A stretch of DNA of 64,000 nt from Neophaeotheca triangularis (taxonomy: Eukaryota), in contig BAAIJX010000006.1 of assembly GCA_054600435.1 (NCBI GenBank), positions 620,001 to 684,000 of the forward strand, read 5' to 3'. This document shows positions 47,451-60,049 of the stretch, piece after piece; position 1 is the stretch's first letter; each line of letters starts with the position of its first letter. Under the pieces are notes generated by a model. It was not told the DNA's origin, searched no databases, and saw only the letters and a list, made by a program, of their open reading frames with translations. The translations under genes were made by a program, and so were the position numbers.

Positions 47451-49196
47451 ATGGCCGCCATGAACGACCTTAGCCCTACTTCCCACCGTGTGCGTGCGCC
47501 GCAGCAAAGCGTCATGTACCCGCGCGGTCGGTATGGGGTGACTGAGACATCGGTGCCCTACACGGCTCTCAGAAGCGACGCCTTCGGACAAGGTGCCAAT
47601 GCAAGTGTCGGCACGCCTCAGATGTACGGAGCTTCCCCCGAGGCCGAGAGGCGCCAGTCTTACCAAGCTGGCATAGTCGCACCAGCACTTACGGCTAGCA
47701 CTTCTGATCCCATGGCCTTTGGACAGGATCCACGCTCAAAACAGTCAATAGTGATTCGGCGCCTTCCGCGAACCATCAGCAGTGAGGCTCTGGGCAGCAT
47801 GCTCATATTCGCTGGCGACCTAATTAGCACTGAACTCATTCGATCGCCGTACGCCGACGATATGGGCTTTGCGACAGCCATGGCACACTTTCGGTCGCAA
47901 GCCGGGGCGCAAGATGCGCAGCAGAAGTTGAATGGGAAGCCAAACACTGCAAAGGAGGCGAACATGATTGTGGAGTTGCACAGCAGTGGCATTGGAGGCA
48001 TGTTCGAAAGGCGGAATACCATCGATGGGACTGCTTCGCGCAACCAGACGAGCTCTTCTTCCTCTGGAGGCTCAATGAGCGGAGGTGCCCCGCCAGGACG
48101 ATCTCGCTATGGTAGCACGTTTCAATCGCAAGAAAAGACATCACCGCCGCTTTCCAGCTCCAACTCTGGCGGAAGTGCAGAATTTCCCGCGCCTGAGAGC
48201 AATACCCACTTCCAGAACCTATTCTCGCCGCAATCGCCTCTGGCCAACAACTATGGCGGTCGACATATCTCTGGCAAGTCCATGATCAATGATGACTCGG
48301 CGGATGACGAGACAGGAGAGCTGCTCAAAGATCCTGTTGCCTATGCAAAAAGCGGTCAAGTCATGATGCCACGACGTCCTACCAATACGCAGCCGCCTCT
48401 TTCGCAGCTTCAAAGGCTGTCATTGAACACGAATAGCAATGGAATGAGTTCGCCTCCATCAGCGGGGATAGGGTCTCCCCGCTCTGCTGCTCCAATGCAG
48501 TCTCCCATGTCTGCAAACGGGATGGGGCCCAATGGCGGGTTCCAGCCTAATTACCCGAAACATCAGTACCCGCCGGTAAACCCAGCCGATCAAAATCCAC
48601 CTTGTAACACACTCTATGTGGGCAACCTACCAATCGATACTTCCGAGGACGAACTCAAGGCACTTTTTTCAAAGCAACGCGGGTATAGGCGACTGTGCTT
48701 CAGAACAAAGCAGAACGGCCCAATGTGCTTTGTGGAGTTCGAGGACGTCTCCTTTGCAACTAAAGCATTGAACGAACTCTACGGCATCCCGCTTCACAAC
48801 AGCGTCAAGGGCGGCATCCGTCTCAGCTTTTCCAAGAACCCTCTGGGTGTTCGCAGCGGACAGGCGGCAGGATTCGGCTTGAACCCAGCAATGTCTCCTC
48901 AAGCCATGGCGCCGGGGTATACTGGCAATCCTGCGGGCAACAGCTTCAGCTCCGCTTCCGGGCCTCCTCCAGGCCTTTCAGCACCTCCAGGACTTGCAAG
49001 CCAGAACGGCTACCGTCAGCAACCTCATACCGGCCTCGACGGCATGTTCGCCAACGCCTTCAACGCTCGCCCGGAACTATCGCCTCAATCCAATCCTCGA
49101 AACCTTTCCGGCGGCGTACCTGCTCCTATGGGCGGCGGAATCTACGGCCGCGACGCTCATGGCGGCAACTACTCGGATTACATGCTTGGGCGTTAA
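47451..49196 (+). CDS. RRM RNA-binding protein, Whi3/Scw1-like
   Basis: C-terminal [23 protein letters not shown]...[10 protein letters not shown]...L...[15 protein letters not shown] and a degenerate N-terminal RRM. Confidence 0.9.
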   Translation: MAAMNDLSPTSHRVRAPQQSVMYPRGRYGVTETSVPYTALRSDAFGQGANASVGTPQMYGASPEAERRQSYQAGIVAPALTASTSDPMAFGQDPRSKQSIVIRRLPRTISSEALGSMLIFAGDLISTELIRSPYADDMGFATAMAHFRSQAGAQDAQQKLNGKPNTAKEANMIVELHSSGIGGMFERRNTIDGTASRNQTSSSSSGGSMSGGAPPGRSRYGSTFQSQEKTSPPLSSSNSGGSAEFPAPESNTHFQNLFSPQSPLANNYGGRHISGKSMINDDSADDETGELLKDPVAYAKSGQVMMPRRPTNTQPPLSQLQRLSLNTNSNGMSSPPSAGIGSPRSAAPMQSPMSANGMGPNGGFQPNYPKHQYPPVNPADQNPPCNTLYVGNLPIDTSEDELKALFSKQRGYRRLCFRTKQNGPMCFVEFEDVSFATKALNELYGIPLHNSVKGGIRLSFSKNPLGVRSGQAAGFGLNPAMSPQAMAPGYTGNPAGNSFSSASGPPPGLSAPPGLASQNGYRQQPHTGLDGMFANAFNARPELSPQSNPRNLSGGVPAPMGGGIYGRDAHGGNYSDYMLGR

Positions 49197-50614
49197 TCAT
49201 TGGCGTTTCATGCTTTCTTTACTCGGCGCCCTGGTGCAGTCGGTTAGTTCATGGGGGCGAAGCATTCAGCATCACATATACTCGGCGGCACGACTGATTG
49301 CTAAGACTATCCATCTTTCACGAGCGAGATTCCCCTTTTTGCGCATAACACATTCCAGGTCGGCAAAGAAGGGAGGGGATGGCGCTGCTAGGCGTTTGAC
49401 ATTGCTGCTGCGAATGAGTTTTGCTTTTGTTCGCGCGCAGGCCCACTCACTGTAGCAAGAGTCCGGCTTGCTCATTGAGGAAGGGTGTTGTTGCATCCAA
49501 TCGATCACATAGGTGGTCCCAGTTCCTGAACATGACGGGAGGTTCATATCATGGGGCTTCTTTCTTTCTCCTGTTGTACAAGACTTTGTCGATGATCCAT
49601 GGAGTTGGGGGTTAAAAGGGGAATGCATATCAATAGGGAGACGCAGACTTTTATTCTCTGCACTGCTGTGTAACGGCCTCAAGGCACTCTTTCCATGCAA
49701 TCGAGATTCTCTTGCTGCTGCTGCTGCTGTACGTGGATCATCTGTCGACTCATTACTTTTCTCGCTACCGTCACCGGTGATTATCCGCGATCTGATTAAG
49801 ATATTTTTTTCTGGCAATGCTATGCTCTACTTGCTAGTCATAGTCCAGTGCGCAAAGTTCGAGACAAGAAAAGCGTCAGTCAACCCATTAACCCAACCGC
49901 TTCAGCGACTCCACATGGAAGCTCCACCGAAGACTAGAGTCTACAGTAAACCCCCGCTTTCGTCTAGTCAAAACAAAAATCCGCGATCCCCAAGTCTGAG
50001 CGCGTCACTCGAAGTTCCCAGTCCAGCTCTGCCCTGTCCTCTACGCTACGCGCCTGTTTGCTGAATCGCCCAAGTCAAATATCGAACCCCCGGGAAGCAG
50101 CATCGTCTCCAAATTACGAGGCTTATGGATCCTGCCATGCCTGTAGATTAGCTACGCGGGTTGCGCCGTGCAGTGGGAAGATTCATTGGCTTTTCGAACG
50201 TGCTGGCCGTCTCTGTGAACCGATTCTCATGAGCGAGTATTTCGTGTTGTTTTGCGCAGTTGCTCTTTGGGGCCATTGCTCGCTGCTGCGCTGTTGGGGG
50301 TTTTCGGTCATACGCAGCCGGTAGCTGTTTCAGAAAAAGACGGTTACTTAGTCTGAGCTGCTACATGTGGCTGGGCTGTTGTAACGAGCTTTTCTAGTCG
50401 ACTATGATTGTCGCAACAGGTGGATCTTGAAGTCAACCCTTGAGCGGTTTCATTTTAAAAGAAGATTTCGTTCAGTCATAAGCTGCTACTACAGTGGCAG
50501 TGCGGCGAGCAAAGCCCTCTCATCTGCATGCTCTCCCCAATCAGACTGCGCACGCATTGTCGCTGGAATACCCAGTGTATCCGTCTCTACTCAGGGCTTT
50601 GGAGCTCTCCAGAA

Positions 50615-51136
50615 TTACCTCCTCCTGCGTACAAGCCGCTCAACAACATCCATACCCGACGACTTCTTAACCATCCCATCAACCACCCAAAGCGGCAAAA
50701 AGTACGCGAACCACTGGGCCCACACGTAATATCTTCTGGAATCAAATTGCGGCGGCTTGTCCTTCAAAAGCTCCCCAACGGTAGCCTTGGCCTAGTCGTC
50801 GGCAGGATAAGATAACATGGCCTCGAAACGGTCTCCCCCAATCATGGTATCGACGTGCTCCCTGGCCGGATCAAAGGTTGACTCTTTGGGCGACTTGGAT
50901 TGCGTGACTTTCCCGTTAGAAATAGAATTCGTCTTGACGCCTCCGGTGCGGAGGTTGACGACTGCGATGTCAAAAGGCTCAAGGTCGCGGCGAAGAGTCT
51001 CAGTGTACGAATTGAAAGCAGCTTTGGAGGCGTTGTAGATTGCTTGAAAATGTACGTTCAGGAGGAAGCCAAAGGATATGTTGTTGGCAATGATGGCTTT
51101 GGGCGATTTGAGCAAGAGTGACATGAATGCCTTCAA
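50615..51136 (-). pseudogene. Truncated short-chain dehydrogenase (AYR1-like) remnant
   Basis: YNASKAA (YxxxK) and LRRDLEPFD...G.V.T motifs. In-frame TAG at 50792-50794, after which the frame continues to TAA at 50615-50617. No N-terminal Rossmann TGxxxGxG seen upstream. Confidence 0.7.
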
Positions 51137-51931
51137 TATGTCCGGGGCGATTGCACGCTGATAGTCGTTTCCGACGTTCTGACAAAGCAGATTTCGCTGG
51201 CTTATTGGAAAAGCGTGAACTGATCTAATACCTACTACACTCTGCCTTTTCGAGACAAGTCAATCGCTGGGTAGTCTCTGTGGTGCAGTTGATCCGCCTG
51301 ATAAAGACGTGCGCGCTGCTCCTAGCGTTTGCGCAGATTGCTTGCTTGCTCTACAGAAGACGTATGGATGAGGTCCAAGATGGTCTTTCGGGATTTATAC
51401 GGATTTAACGCGGCTCTGGCTCTGAGCCGGTTCCGGCTCCGTGAGATTCCGTCCGGAGCGCGTGACAGTGAATGTATTCGCATTTCTTCCGAGAACTAAT
51501 AGGTGACCTGAGAACCTCCTTTTCAAAACCATGCGCTCAAGTAGGAAGCCCTGAAAAATGGGACGCTTCGCCAGTGCAAGTAGTGTTTCAAAATATTAAT
51601 ATTGAGCGGTTTGGGAGGCGCACGGAGGCGAAGACTGTTCTGGGTTCACTCACAACCACTAGCGTTCCAAGGTAGTGGTCCGGTTCCTCCGGATTGGGAA
51701 TCGACGTAGAGAGGCTCAACTTTGATTGTTCAGGTATATCCGTCTGGAAGCCTTCCCGACGAAACTCCAACAGCGGCCCTTGTCGGACAAGACGAAAATC
51801 TAAGTCTGCTAGTTGGGTTTTGGTAACTATGGTAGTTCTAACGTAGCAAGGACGTTTCCAGATCCAGGTTTCCGATGGAAGTTTTGCATCCTCATTGAAA
51901 CCCTCAAGTCTCGTCGGCAGATGTCTCAAGA

Positions 51932-52756
51932 TTAACAGTGGGCTTCCGCAACGTTAACAGTGTTCAACACCTCGCGCAGCCACCAAGCATGGATGCGTGC
52001 ATCGCTGGTGAGTTCCGGGTGGAAGGCAGTTCCAAAAACATTGCCCTGTCGTACAGCGATAATGTCTCCGTCCTCACCGAGGTCTGCGGCCGTGGTAGTG
52101 TGATCTTTGAGTGCTTCAGCTCGGCCGGGTAGCCTGCCTAGAATTTCGACCTCAGCCTTAGTAGCCGTTTTTGGCGGAGCCACGACAGTTTCGCTACTAG
52201 ATTCCTGAGCGCCGGTGACAGTCGGTAACACCTTTTCAACGACAGGCGCCCGTATGAAGACGCTATGGAAGGGCCGCCCGTCTTTCAGAAAGCTAAGGTC
52301 GAGGTCGGCCTCAAAACTCTCGACCTGGCGTCCAAAGTAGTTGCGGTGTACTCTGACATCTAGCCCACCGATGAGTTCCTGACCAGAGGCTTTGGACTTG
52401 TTTGCACTCTCGGCTAACAGGATGAGTCCCGCGCATGTCCCCCATACAGACCGACGTTGGACCTTGACAAAATGGCGCAGAGGTTCAAGAAGGCCACAGC
52501 GTTCGGCTATGAGCGACATGGAAGTCGACTCGCCACCGGGGAGGACAAGGCCGTGACATTGATTAAGCTCCTCGGGCGTCCGAACCTGAATGAAATGGAA
52601 GCTTATCTGCTGTTGGATTGCCTCGTGGGAAGGTTCCGCTGATGCAGAATGTGTTTCGGTGTCGAAGTGGAGATTGGAAGCCGCCTGTCGCAGCAGATGA
52701 ATGTGTTCGACAAACGCCCCTTGGAGTGCCAGGACGCCAATAGTGATTTGGGGCAT
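51932..52756 (-). CDS. SNO1: Pyridoxal 5'-phosphate synthase glutaminase subunit
   Basis: Motifs GVLALQGAF.EH, PGGEST, WGTCAGLI, RNYFGRQVESF, FIRAP and FHPEL. Confidence 0.95.
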   Translation of the reverse strand: MPQITIGVLALQGAFVEHIHLLRQAASNLHFDTETHSASAEPSHEAIQQQISFHFIQVRTPEELNQCHGLVLPGGESTSMSLIAERCGLLEPLRHFVKVQRRSVWGTCAGLILLAESANKSKASGQELIGGLDVRVHRNYFGRQVESFEADLDLSFLKDGRPFHSVFIRAPVVEKVLPTVTGAQESSSETVVAPPKTATKAEVEILGRLPGRAEALKDHTTTAADLGEDGDIIAVRQGNVFGTAFHPELTSDARIHAWWLREVLNTVNVAEAHC

Positions 52757-53765
52757 GGTAAAAGGCGATTGACGGGGTTGTCGATGATGCCGCTCACTCG
52801 TCAAGGTAGTCGAGATGAATGATGATGATGGTGGCTTGACAAGGTAAGGAGGGGAGAATACTTTTACGGGTAATACGGCTCGTGTTGATGGGCGGGAAAA
52901 AGATCAGCTCCACGTGCAGGCAAAACGAACAGAATGCAGGTGGCCGAATAACAATAATTAGGTACCTACCTAGGTAGGTATGGACGAATGCTAATGGATG
53001 AATCAATGAATCAATGAATCGATGACGCCAAGGTCGCTTGTTGCGCGGGAAGGGAACAGCGCAGATTCGCGGAAAGTTCAGAGCACATGCAAACACGCCG
53101 CACCAACACTTCGGATTCCGAAGCCTTGGGTGGGGCTAACGTAAAAGGCTATCATTAATATTGTTAACGTTATAGGTAGTAGGTCTATCGAGTTTGACTG
53201 CGTTGAGCGTTGTTCAAGAGGTCAGGACTTGGGACGATGATATGAATTATTGTTATTATCATTTGCTGTGCGAGATGCTTGACTCGGGTGCTAATAATGA
53301 TGATAAGAATATCAAGGACTACTACTATAGTAGTACCTACTACTAGTCTGTTGGACCACATCGACCAGCCTGCCGCCGCCCGGTGGGGGAGCGAGGTTTT
53401 CTGTCGCGCATGAGGCTAAAGATAGTGCATCGCTATTCAGACGAAACGCCGATCCCCTCGTCTGTCCTCCTTCCCAAACGGCTCTACCGTCTACCGTCTA
53501 CCGTCTTCTTATTACCTCGTCCACCTCGAAGTTACAGGACCGAGTACCTAGGTAGGAAAGCGACAATAATCCTCCGATATGCCATCATGACCTCGCTGCC
53601 TCCTCTTCCGACGACTCCTCTGCCTCCTCCCGCCGCTGCTACCACGCCCGAGCTTCCTCTCGGGCCCTGATGATCAATCTTTTCGTCCGTTTGCCCTCCT
53701 ATATCAGTCGTCTTTTCCTCTTTCTACTCCACTCCTTGGGCATATCCGAGTCGATCACTTCCATC

Positions 53766-54947
53766 ATGCCTCCACCACTCTTCCGTCATGACACCCTCGG
53801 TGAGACGATGCTCAATGGCTTCCCATTGACCGATGCCAGCCAAGGGGCCATCACTTGTTGGCTTTTGGACACCCGGAAACTATGGCCTGGCGACAACATC
53901 TACGCTGCCGGCGATGCGGCCGCATGCCTTGCCCACATCTCCATGCCCGAGCAAAACGTCGTTACCACAAAGATGTTCATTCAGGACGCACGCATGAGCC
54001 TCGGCTCCGCTTTGTTGAAGCGATCTTACATTAGCAAGACACTAGGCATACCGTGGCAGGATGTGAACATAGCAAAAAAGGGCGGTAGCAAGCATGGCAA
54101 GCCCTGTGCGGTCGACGCCAACGGCAAGCCTATCGAAGGGATCGATTTCAACGTGTCACACCAAGCAGGCCTTGTAACGTTGATCGGCTGGGATAGGAGA
54201 AGGCACTCGACGCGCTTTGCCAGTGGACCTTTTGCCAATGCTGCAACCGTTCACGACAGGGGCGAGAAGAATGTGACGGTGGGCACCGACATTGTTTGCG
54301 TCAACGAGCGAGATGATTATCGGACGATTGACGAAGAGGGCTTGGACGGCTGGATCGAACTATACGAGTCCATTTTCTCACACGAGGAGCGTTGGAGCAT
54401 GAAGTTCGATGTCGATCGCATCACCATGCTGGATGGCTCGATACTAGAGCATGCCGACATAGGGAGATTGGACAGGTGCATTGCTCGGAACAGGGATGTC
54501 TGTGCCAATACAAGAGATGGCAAGGCCGTCGAATTCAACTCCGATCGCATCATCGAGGCCAAGCTCCGTCGGTTCTACACCTACTTCTGCTACAAGGAGT
54601 CATATATCAAGCTCGCCGGCGAGGGGCTGATCGCGCCCTGGCTTTGCGAACTCAGCTTCCACAATGTCCGCTCCCCAACTCCCGGCACAGTCGCGCGCTG
54701 CAGCACCCTTGGTAGTTGGGGCGAAGAGGTCGACGATGTCGAGGTCCAGCTCTACGGCAAGACTGTCCGGGACGTGAAGATGAAGATCCAAGCTTTCGAG
54801 GAAGATATCATGATCTCGACTGCCATTCAAGGCGATGTTGAGGGTGTTGTCGTGCCTGCTTTCAAGACACTGGACCTGACCAAGGACGTTCTCCCCCAGG
54901 CCGACAATGATATCAAGCATTACAAAGGCGGTGTCAGCGCTGGCTGA
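53766..54947 (+). CDS. Sfp-type 4'-phosphopantetheinyl transferase (NpgA/Ppt1/Lys5)
   Basis: Motifs HGKP, FNVSHQAG, VGTDIV and FY..F..KESYIK..GEGL. Confidence 0.9.
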   Translation: MPPPLFRHDTLGETMLNGFPLTDASQGAITCWLLDTRKLWPGDNIYAAGDAAACLAHISMPEQNVVTTKMFIQDARMSLGSALLKRSYISKTLGIPWQDVNIAKKGGSKHGKPCAVDANGKPIEGIDFNVSHQAGLVTLIGWDRRRHSTRFASGPFANAATVHDRGEKNVTVGTDIVCVNERDDYRTIDEEGLDGWIELYESIFSHEERWSMKFDVDRITMLDGSILEHADIGRLDRCIARNRDVCANTRDGKAVEFNSDRIIEAKLRRFYTYFCYKESYIKLAGEGLIAPWLCELSFHNVRSPTPGTVARCSTLGSWGEEVDDVEVQLYGKTVRDVKMKIQAFEEDIMISTAIQGDVEGVVVPAFKTLDLTKDVLPQADNDIKHYKGGVSAG

Positions 54948-55800
54948 AGGGTTGTGGAACTTTCAGTTGCAAAACTGATCTACGCTCCTTGTCAATCTTA
55001 TCCACAACACAACGTTGCCGTGGAGATTCGCCGCTCGCGCTTCGTGTCGGCTCCCGGTCACGAGCAGCGAAACTAGGAGTTTGTCCGGCCGGCCGCTTGC
55101 CGAGTCCCAGCTGAGGTTCAAAGCCAAGATGGTCTCGGCCAGGCGTGCTGGCTGAGACTTCTACTGCGAGTCACAGCGCACGGGGGGTGCTCGAGGATGT
55201 TGCAAGCACAAACCCCGAATATCCGACACACGCATCATGATTTGGCGTTTGTTGTTGTAAGCATAACGTAGTGTCGATGCTACGTCGGGCTCCATTCGCT
55301 CATGCGATTTTTCTGTTGGGGAACATTCACAGATGAATGAATGATGGCATCTGTCCCTTTAGCGCGCAGGTTGCTGCATGGCATGTTGTTTGCATTTCAG
55401 AGCGTCTTCCAGCGAATACATAATGTCTAAAGCGGATTTAGGTGAAAGCCACCCTCAATATCTTGTAGCTTGCGACAATTCTACAAGTTGATTTCAACTA
55501 TCACTCGATCATTAGCTATTGACCACCCAGTCATTTGAGTGTATCATCCTGAGTAGGTCTTGTTCAAGGCTTTCCAGAAGTCATGTCAACTGAGAGACTG
55601 CATCCGCGGCAGGCCAGAGCGCTATGCAATTGGGGTATCTCGTATATACTCTTTATCAAGACCACGTTTAGCCACCCATAGCCATGAGATCAGGACCCTC
55701 CCGCCGCTCATCCATGCCTCGTAGGTTCGAACCCTTCGTCGTATCCTCGACACCGTTCGTTTGATGCCCTCCAGAACAGGTCCTACTCTCTCACCAACTC

Positions 55801-56804
55801 TCAACCCGTAACCCCCAGATCAAGACCCGTGCTCTTCGCCTTCCCACCCACCTGTGCCTCTTGCTTCCCCTTCAACGCAACACCCTCCTCTCTCGCCCTT
55901 CCGCTGATTTCCTTGAGCGCTTTCAACATCTTCTCCCGAGTCTCCTCCAGCAACGCATCCACGTCTTCCTTAGTCTTGCCCTTCGTCTCTATGGGCTCAA
56001 TCACACGCACAGGTATAGTACCGGGCACAAAGACCTTACGCCTCGTATCCAGCACATTGCTGTAGTTCGCCGCCACCAGTGGTACAATTGGTACCTGGGC
56101 TTGCACGGCAAGGTGGAAAGGGCCTTTCTTGAAGGGCAAGAGGTCTGGGTGGCTGTAGTAGGATCGCGTGCCTTCGGGGAAGATGTAGACGCTCTGCTTG
56201 TGGGAGTGCATCTGCTCGGCGGCTTTTGCAAAGGCGGCTACGGCCTGCTCTCGGGAGGCACGCTCGATGAAGACGGTTTTGGAGAGGGACACTGCGCAGA
56301 GCGTGTCAGTACGTGGATGCGTGAATTCTACTTCTTCTTCCTCTTTTTCTTCCTGGTGCGTGTCTTACTGAACCAGCCCAAGAAGGGCACCCACTTCAGG
56401 CTCTTCTTCGACGTGACTGAGCAGTATTGCGGGAAGATGTGGCCGAGCATCAGAACATCAAGCTCCGTCTGGTGGTTTCCCACCAACACTGCTGGCCGTG
56501 TCTTGTTCAAGTAGTCATGGGGATCCTCAATCTCAAACCAGACGCCGGTGAAAACGAGCATGATCCACTTGAACGCTCGCGCAGTGGTCCATTGTCCGAG
56601 CCCCCCGTATCCGACGACGTTCAGTGTGGCGGACGCTACCGTGCCGTACGCTGCGCAAATCAAGAGAGCCAGCCATGAGGCGATGACTCGGCCGTAGAAG
56701 GAGGGCAGCGGGTTGCCTGTCACGAAGGATATGAGGTACAGGCCCGGGATTGTGAAGGCGAAGAAGGCGACTGTGGCCAGCGCATAGTACGAGAACGAGT
56801 TCAT
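55801..56804 (-). CDS. SLC1: 1-acyl-sn-glycerol-3-phosphate acyltransferase; intron 56292-56368
   Basis: Motifs NHQTELD (NHx4D), PFLGWFM, FIER, FPEGTRS and PFKKG.F.LA.QA..PIVP. Confidence 0.93.
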
Positions 56805-57322
56805 GGCAGTCTACGCGGTCGGGGACGAAGCATGTAATTGACGGAGTCCAATCGGGGGTTCCCAGGCAGGTGTGCGCCAGGCGAAGAAGGTAAAGTAGGT
56901 TTGGGTAAGTTGGTAGACGGAGATGTCTGGTCAGAAGTTACGCTGGGCCAGCCCACTGTCGTCTGGGGCGGTCACACGGTTGGAGCTACAACGATTGACA
57001 AGAGACGATAAAATGCAGCAAAAAGATACCTTAAGTGTACAGAGAGACAGGTGTGCACGTGGGGAAAGACATACAAGTGCGGGCGGTATTCGAGGCGGTC
57101 ACGCTGCGTCAATGTGGGGCTGGGCCATTGGTCTGCTGCTGAGTAGGTACCTAGGAGGTAGGTAGATGATCTTTCAGGCAAGACAGATTGGTTCTCTTCA
57201 GGTATCATGTGTGAGATGTAGACAGTGGATGATTAAGGTCTTCACGCACATGTGTTGCGTGTGAACAGTTATAAGTTGTTGTTGTACATGTATTATGCTG
57301 AAAGGGTTTATACCGAGTTCCC

Positions 57323-58678
57323 TCACTCAACACTTGTGGGTATCTTGACAATGCCTCTTTTGCGGTCTTCATGAGGCATACCGTAACGGTGGCCAACACC
57401 TCTCCGCCCTCTGCCATCCTTACCAACGTCTTCAGCTGAGACATCTTGAAATTTGAAGTCCCATCTCCTCCCGGTAACAACTCTCTGCGTTCTTTCCTCC
57501 CACGCCTGCTGCTTCTGTGCTTTGCTCTTTGCCTCTGCTTCGGCGGCCGCGTCTCGTTCCCGTATGCGCTTCGTCCTTTCTTCTCTCGGAAGTTCTTCGA
57601 GGTTCCACTTTTCGAGTTGAATCAGCTCAGGATGTGGGATCCTTTTATCGGCGGGAAGTAGTGTTGGTGAAAAGACTTTGGCAGCGTCGTCTCGAGTGAA
57701 TTGCCGCGATTCAGAGGTTGGGTGAAATATTTGTTGTCTCGTTGCTGGGTGCACCGGCAGATCATTGATGGGCTCATGCGACACTAGCTTTTTTTGGGGG
57801 TCGTAAGGGGTTGTAGGAACCATTTCAAGTACTGCTTTGGCATAAGGTCTCGCGAGTTTTTTGCCCTAACAATGTATCAGTGGCGGGCTCCAATGGTATT
57901 TTGCAGAATCATTTGGGGTGCGCCGATGCAGTCAGAGAGGCTCGCAAAGCTATCGTTTGTAACCATGTAGTTGTCTTGAAGACTAATCGAATTTTGAATT
58001 GAAATCATCACAATGCCGGCAGGAAAAGGGTATGGAAGGGAGGAGGTAAAAACTTACGTCTGCAATCCATTGCTTCTCGACCGTCTTCAGCCTTACAACA
58101 GCTGCAACCCTTCGCATGTCGACACCGAACGCCGCGCTAACCGTGGCCACATCCAGCTTCCGTTCTACGACCTGACGGTATAGTTCTTCTCGGAGCTCTT
58201 CTGAAAGCACAGGCTGACTTCGAAACTGATTATTGAGAGGGTATGGTCGAAGGTCCCGCTCTCTTTCGGGCGGCAGCGCTCCACCTGCTTTTGCCTTTGC
58301 TCGTTCTTCGGCACGTTCGGCTCGCTCTTCAGCATCGAGGCCCTCCTCTTCCTCCTTCTGCCGAATGGCGTCTTCGTTTCCCTCGTTATTCCCTCGACCC
58401 CCCTCATTCTCATTGTCCACAGCCCGGAGCAGAGTCCCGAACTTGTCATAAGCGCCCAAATAGTTCGTAGAGCCAGGTAGGGGTTCTTTAAAGTGTCTTC
58501 CAGGGCCATTTAACCAAGCAAACATATTCCGTCGTAACCTTGTGGCATTGCGAGACGAAGCATGAAATTCCCGAAGTCCACTGCCTTGCACCAGATCCGC
58601 GGTGGCACCCGGCCGCGAGCGAAAGCATTGGCAGGGGCTAGGGTTTGTGAGACGAGATGTAGATATTCGAGGAGGCAT
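57323..58678 (-). CDS. Mitochondrial ribosomal protein mS45 (Mrps35/Bot1-like); intron 57866-58057
   Basis: Arg/Ser-rich presequence; motifs PYPLN..FRSQPVLSEELRE, RVAAVVRLK..EK.W and G.RYG.PH.DRKRG.VK. Confidence 0.85.
57922..58019 (-). ncRNA. Intronic box C/D snoRNA with two LSU rRNA antisense elements
   Basis: Box C GTGATGA (58011-58005) and box D CTGA (57935-57932). Guides TTCGATTAGTCTT and TGCGAGCCTC are complementary to the conserved LSU segments AAGACUAAUCGAA and GAGGCUCG(C/U)A. It lies in an unusually long (192-nt) intron. Confidence 0.85.
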
Positions 58679-60049
58679 GATGTTTTGATGACCCACGCAA
58701 ACGAGACAAATCTGCGTGGTGTTGATGAAAGGTCGAAGGTCTGCGTTGGCTGGAGGAGAAGACAGTTCCGACTTGCGGAGCACTTCCTAATGGGGGTGCC
58801 ATGGCCCACATCTCTTGGCAGTATCGACCACACTACACCTCCCATATGCTACGACCATTAACAGTCTTGCGACCACATTGTTCCCGACGTCTCTATGCAG
58901 AGCTGAAATAATCTCTATTGAGGCATGCCGCATGGTTGTGACTTCAGTAACTCAAGAGCTAGGGCTCGTCTTCAGGACCAAAATCCATCTACAAGGTGCC
59001 TTAACCTGGGCTTTTGAATGGCGATCGTTGATTCAATGGGACCGGGCAACACTAGGATCTGAGCCGTCTATGTTTGTTTGGCCTTGTCTAGTCCAGTCTT
59101 GGACCTGTGAGCATTGAGCTTTCTACAGGGGCTTTTCAGCAGGGCCAGTCGGAAGGCTCATCCAGCATTGTCAAACCTATCTTCCACTTACATGGCCGTT
59201 TGCTTTTATCTGGAAGCCTCGAGGAGCGAATTCTGCGCGAGGCTTAGCCATGCAGCATCGCATACTTCTGCAACTACCGCTGTGTCCATGAACGATCACT
59301 TCCACGCTCCCCCCAAATGTTGGCGGAGGAATGCCTTTCTTCTATCGGTCCAAAGTCTGGAACGGCAAACATCAGACATCCTCACGGAGCCATGTAACAC
59401 TCTTCCTTGTCACTGTTAGATCCCTGGTTCTTTCCGGACCTTTGTCGTGGCCCAGTGATCGATTGCTGTTTTCAGAATGACTCTCGAACCCTGTTACTAT
59501 GCTTCTTTGGCTAGGTAAGATCAGCTTAAGCTATCATCCAATGTCACGTATAGTTTGCTACTTTTACGCAAACATTACAAAACATTCCCTTTCTAGATCT
59601 CGTGAGCTGTTGAAGATAACGTGCGTAACAAGTACAGAGCAACGTTGACTTATAGCGCATTACACGGGTAGTAACGTAGGCGTCTATGACTATCTACTCA
59701 GTAACGTATATTCTAAAATGTATCCTACTAATGGCACACGATACAGTGCTGGGTCGTGATAGTACCGCGAACATTCGCTAGAAACAATCCGTCACAGACA
59801 ATGGACGCTCTCATATTTCAATATCTACTTTTACTCTGGCTCTCTACAATCCAATCATCAACAACCTACCCTCCTAACATTTCTTCCCTCACCAATCGTA
59901 CCACAACTTTTCTAACACCAACCAACCACTTCGACATCTTCAACGACAACTCTACCACCTCTTATCAACTCCAATTACTTGGAGATCTCCAACAACTTCG
60001 ACAACTTTGGCATTTTCGACGTCTACTTGACTTCTCGAACTTCGGAACA

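Noticed and set aside
51932..54947. Secondary-metabolite or SNZ/SNO cluster
   Set aside because: No PKS/NRPS near the PPTase and no SNZ1/PDX1 partner beside SNO1.
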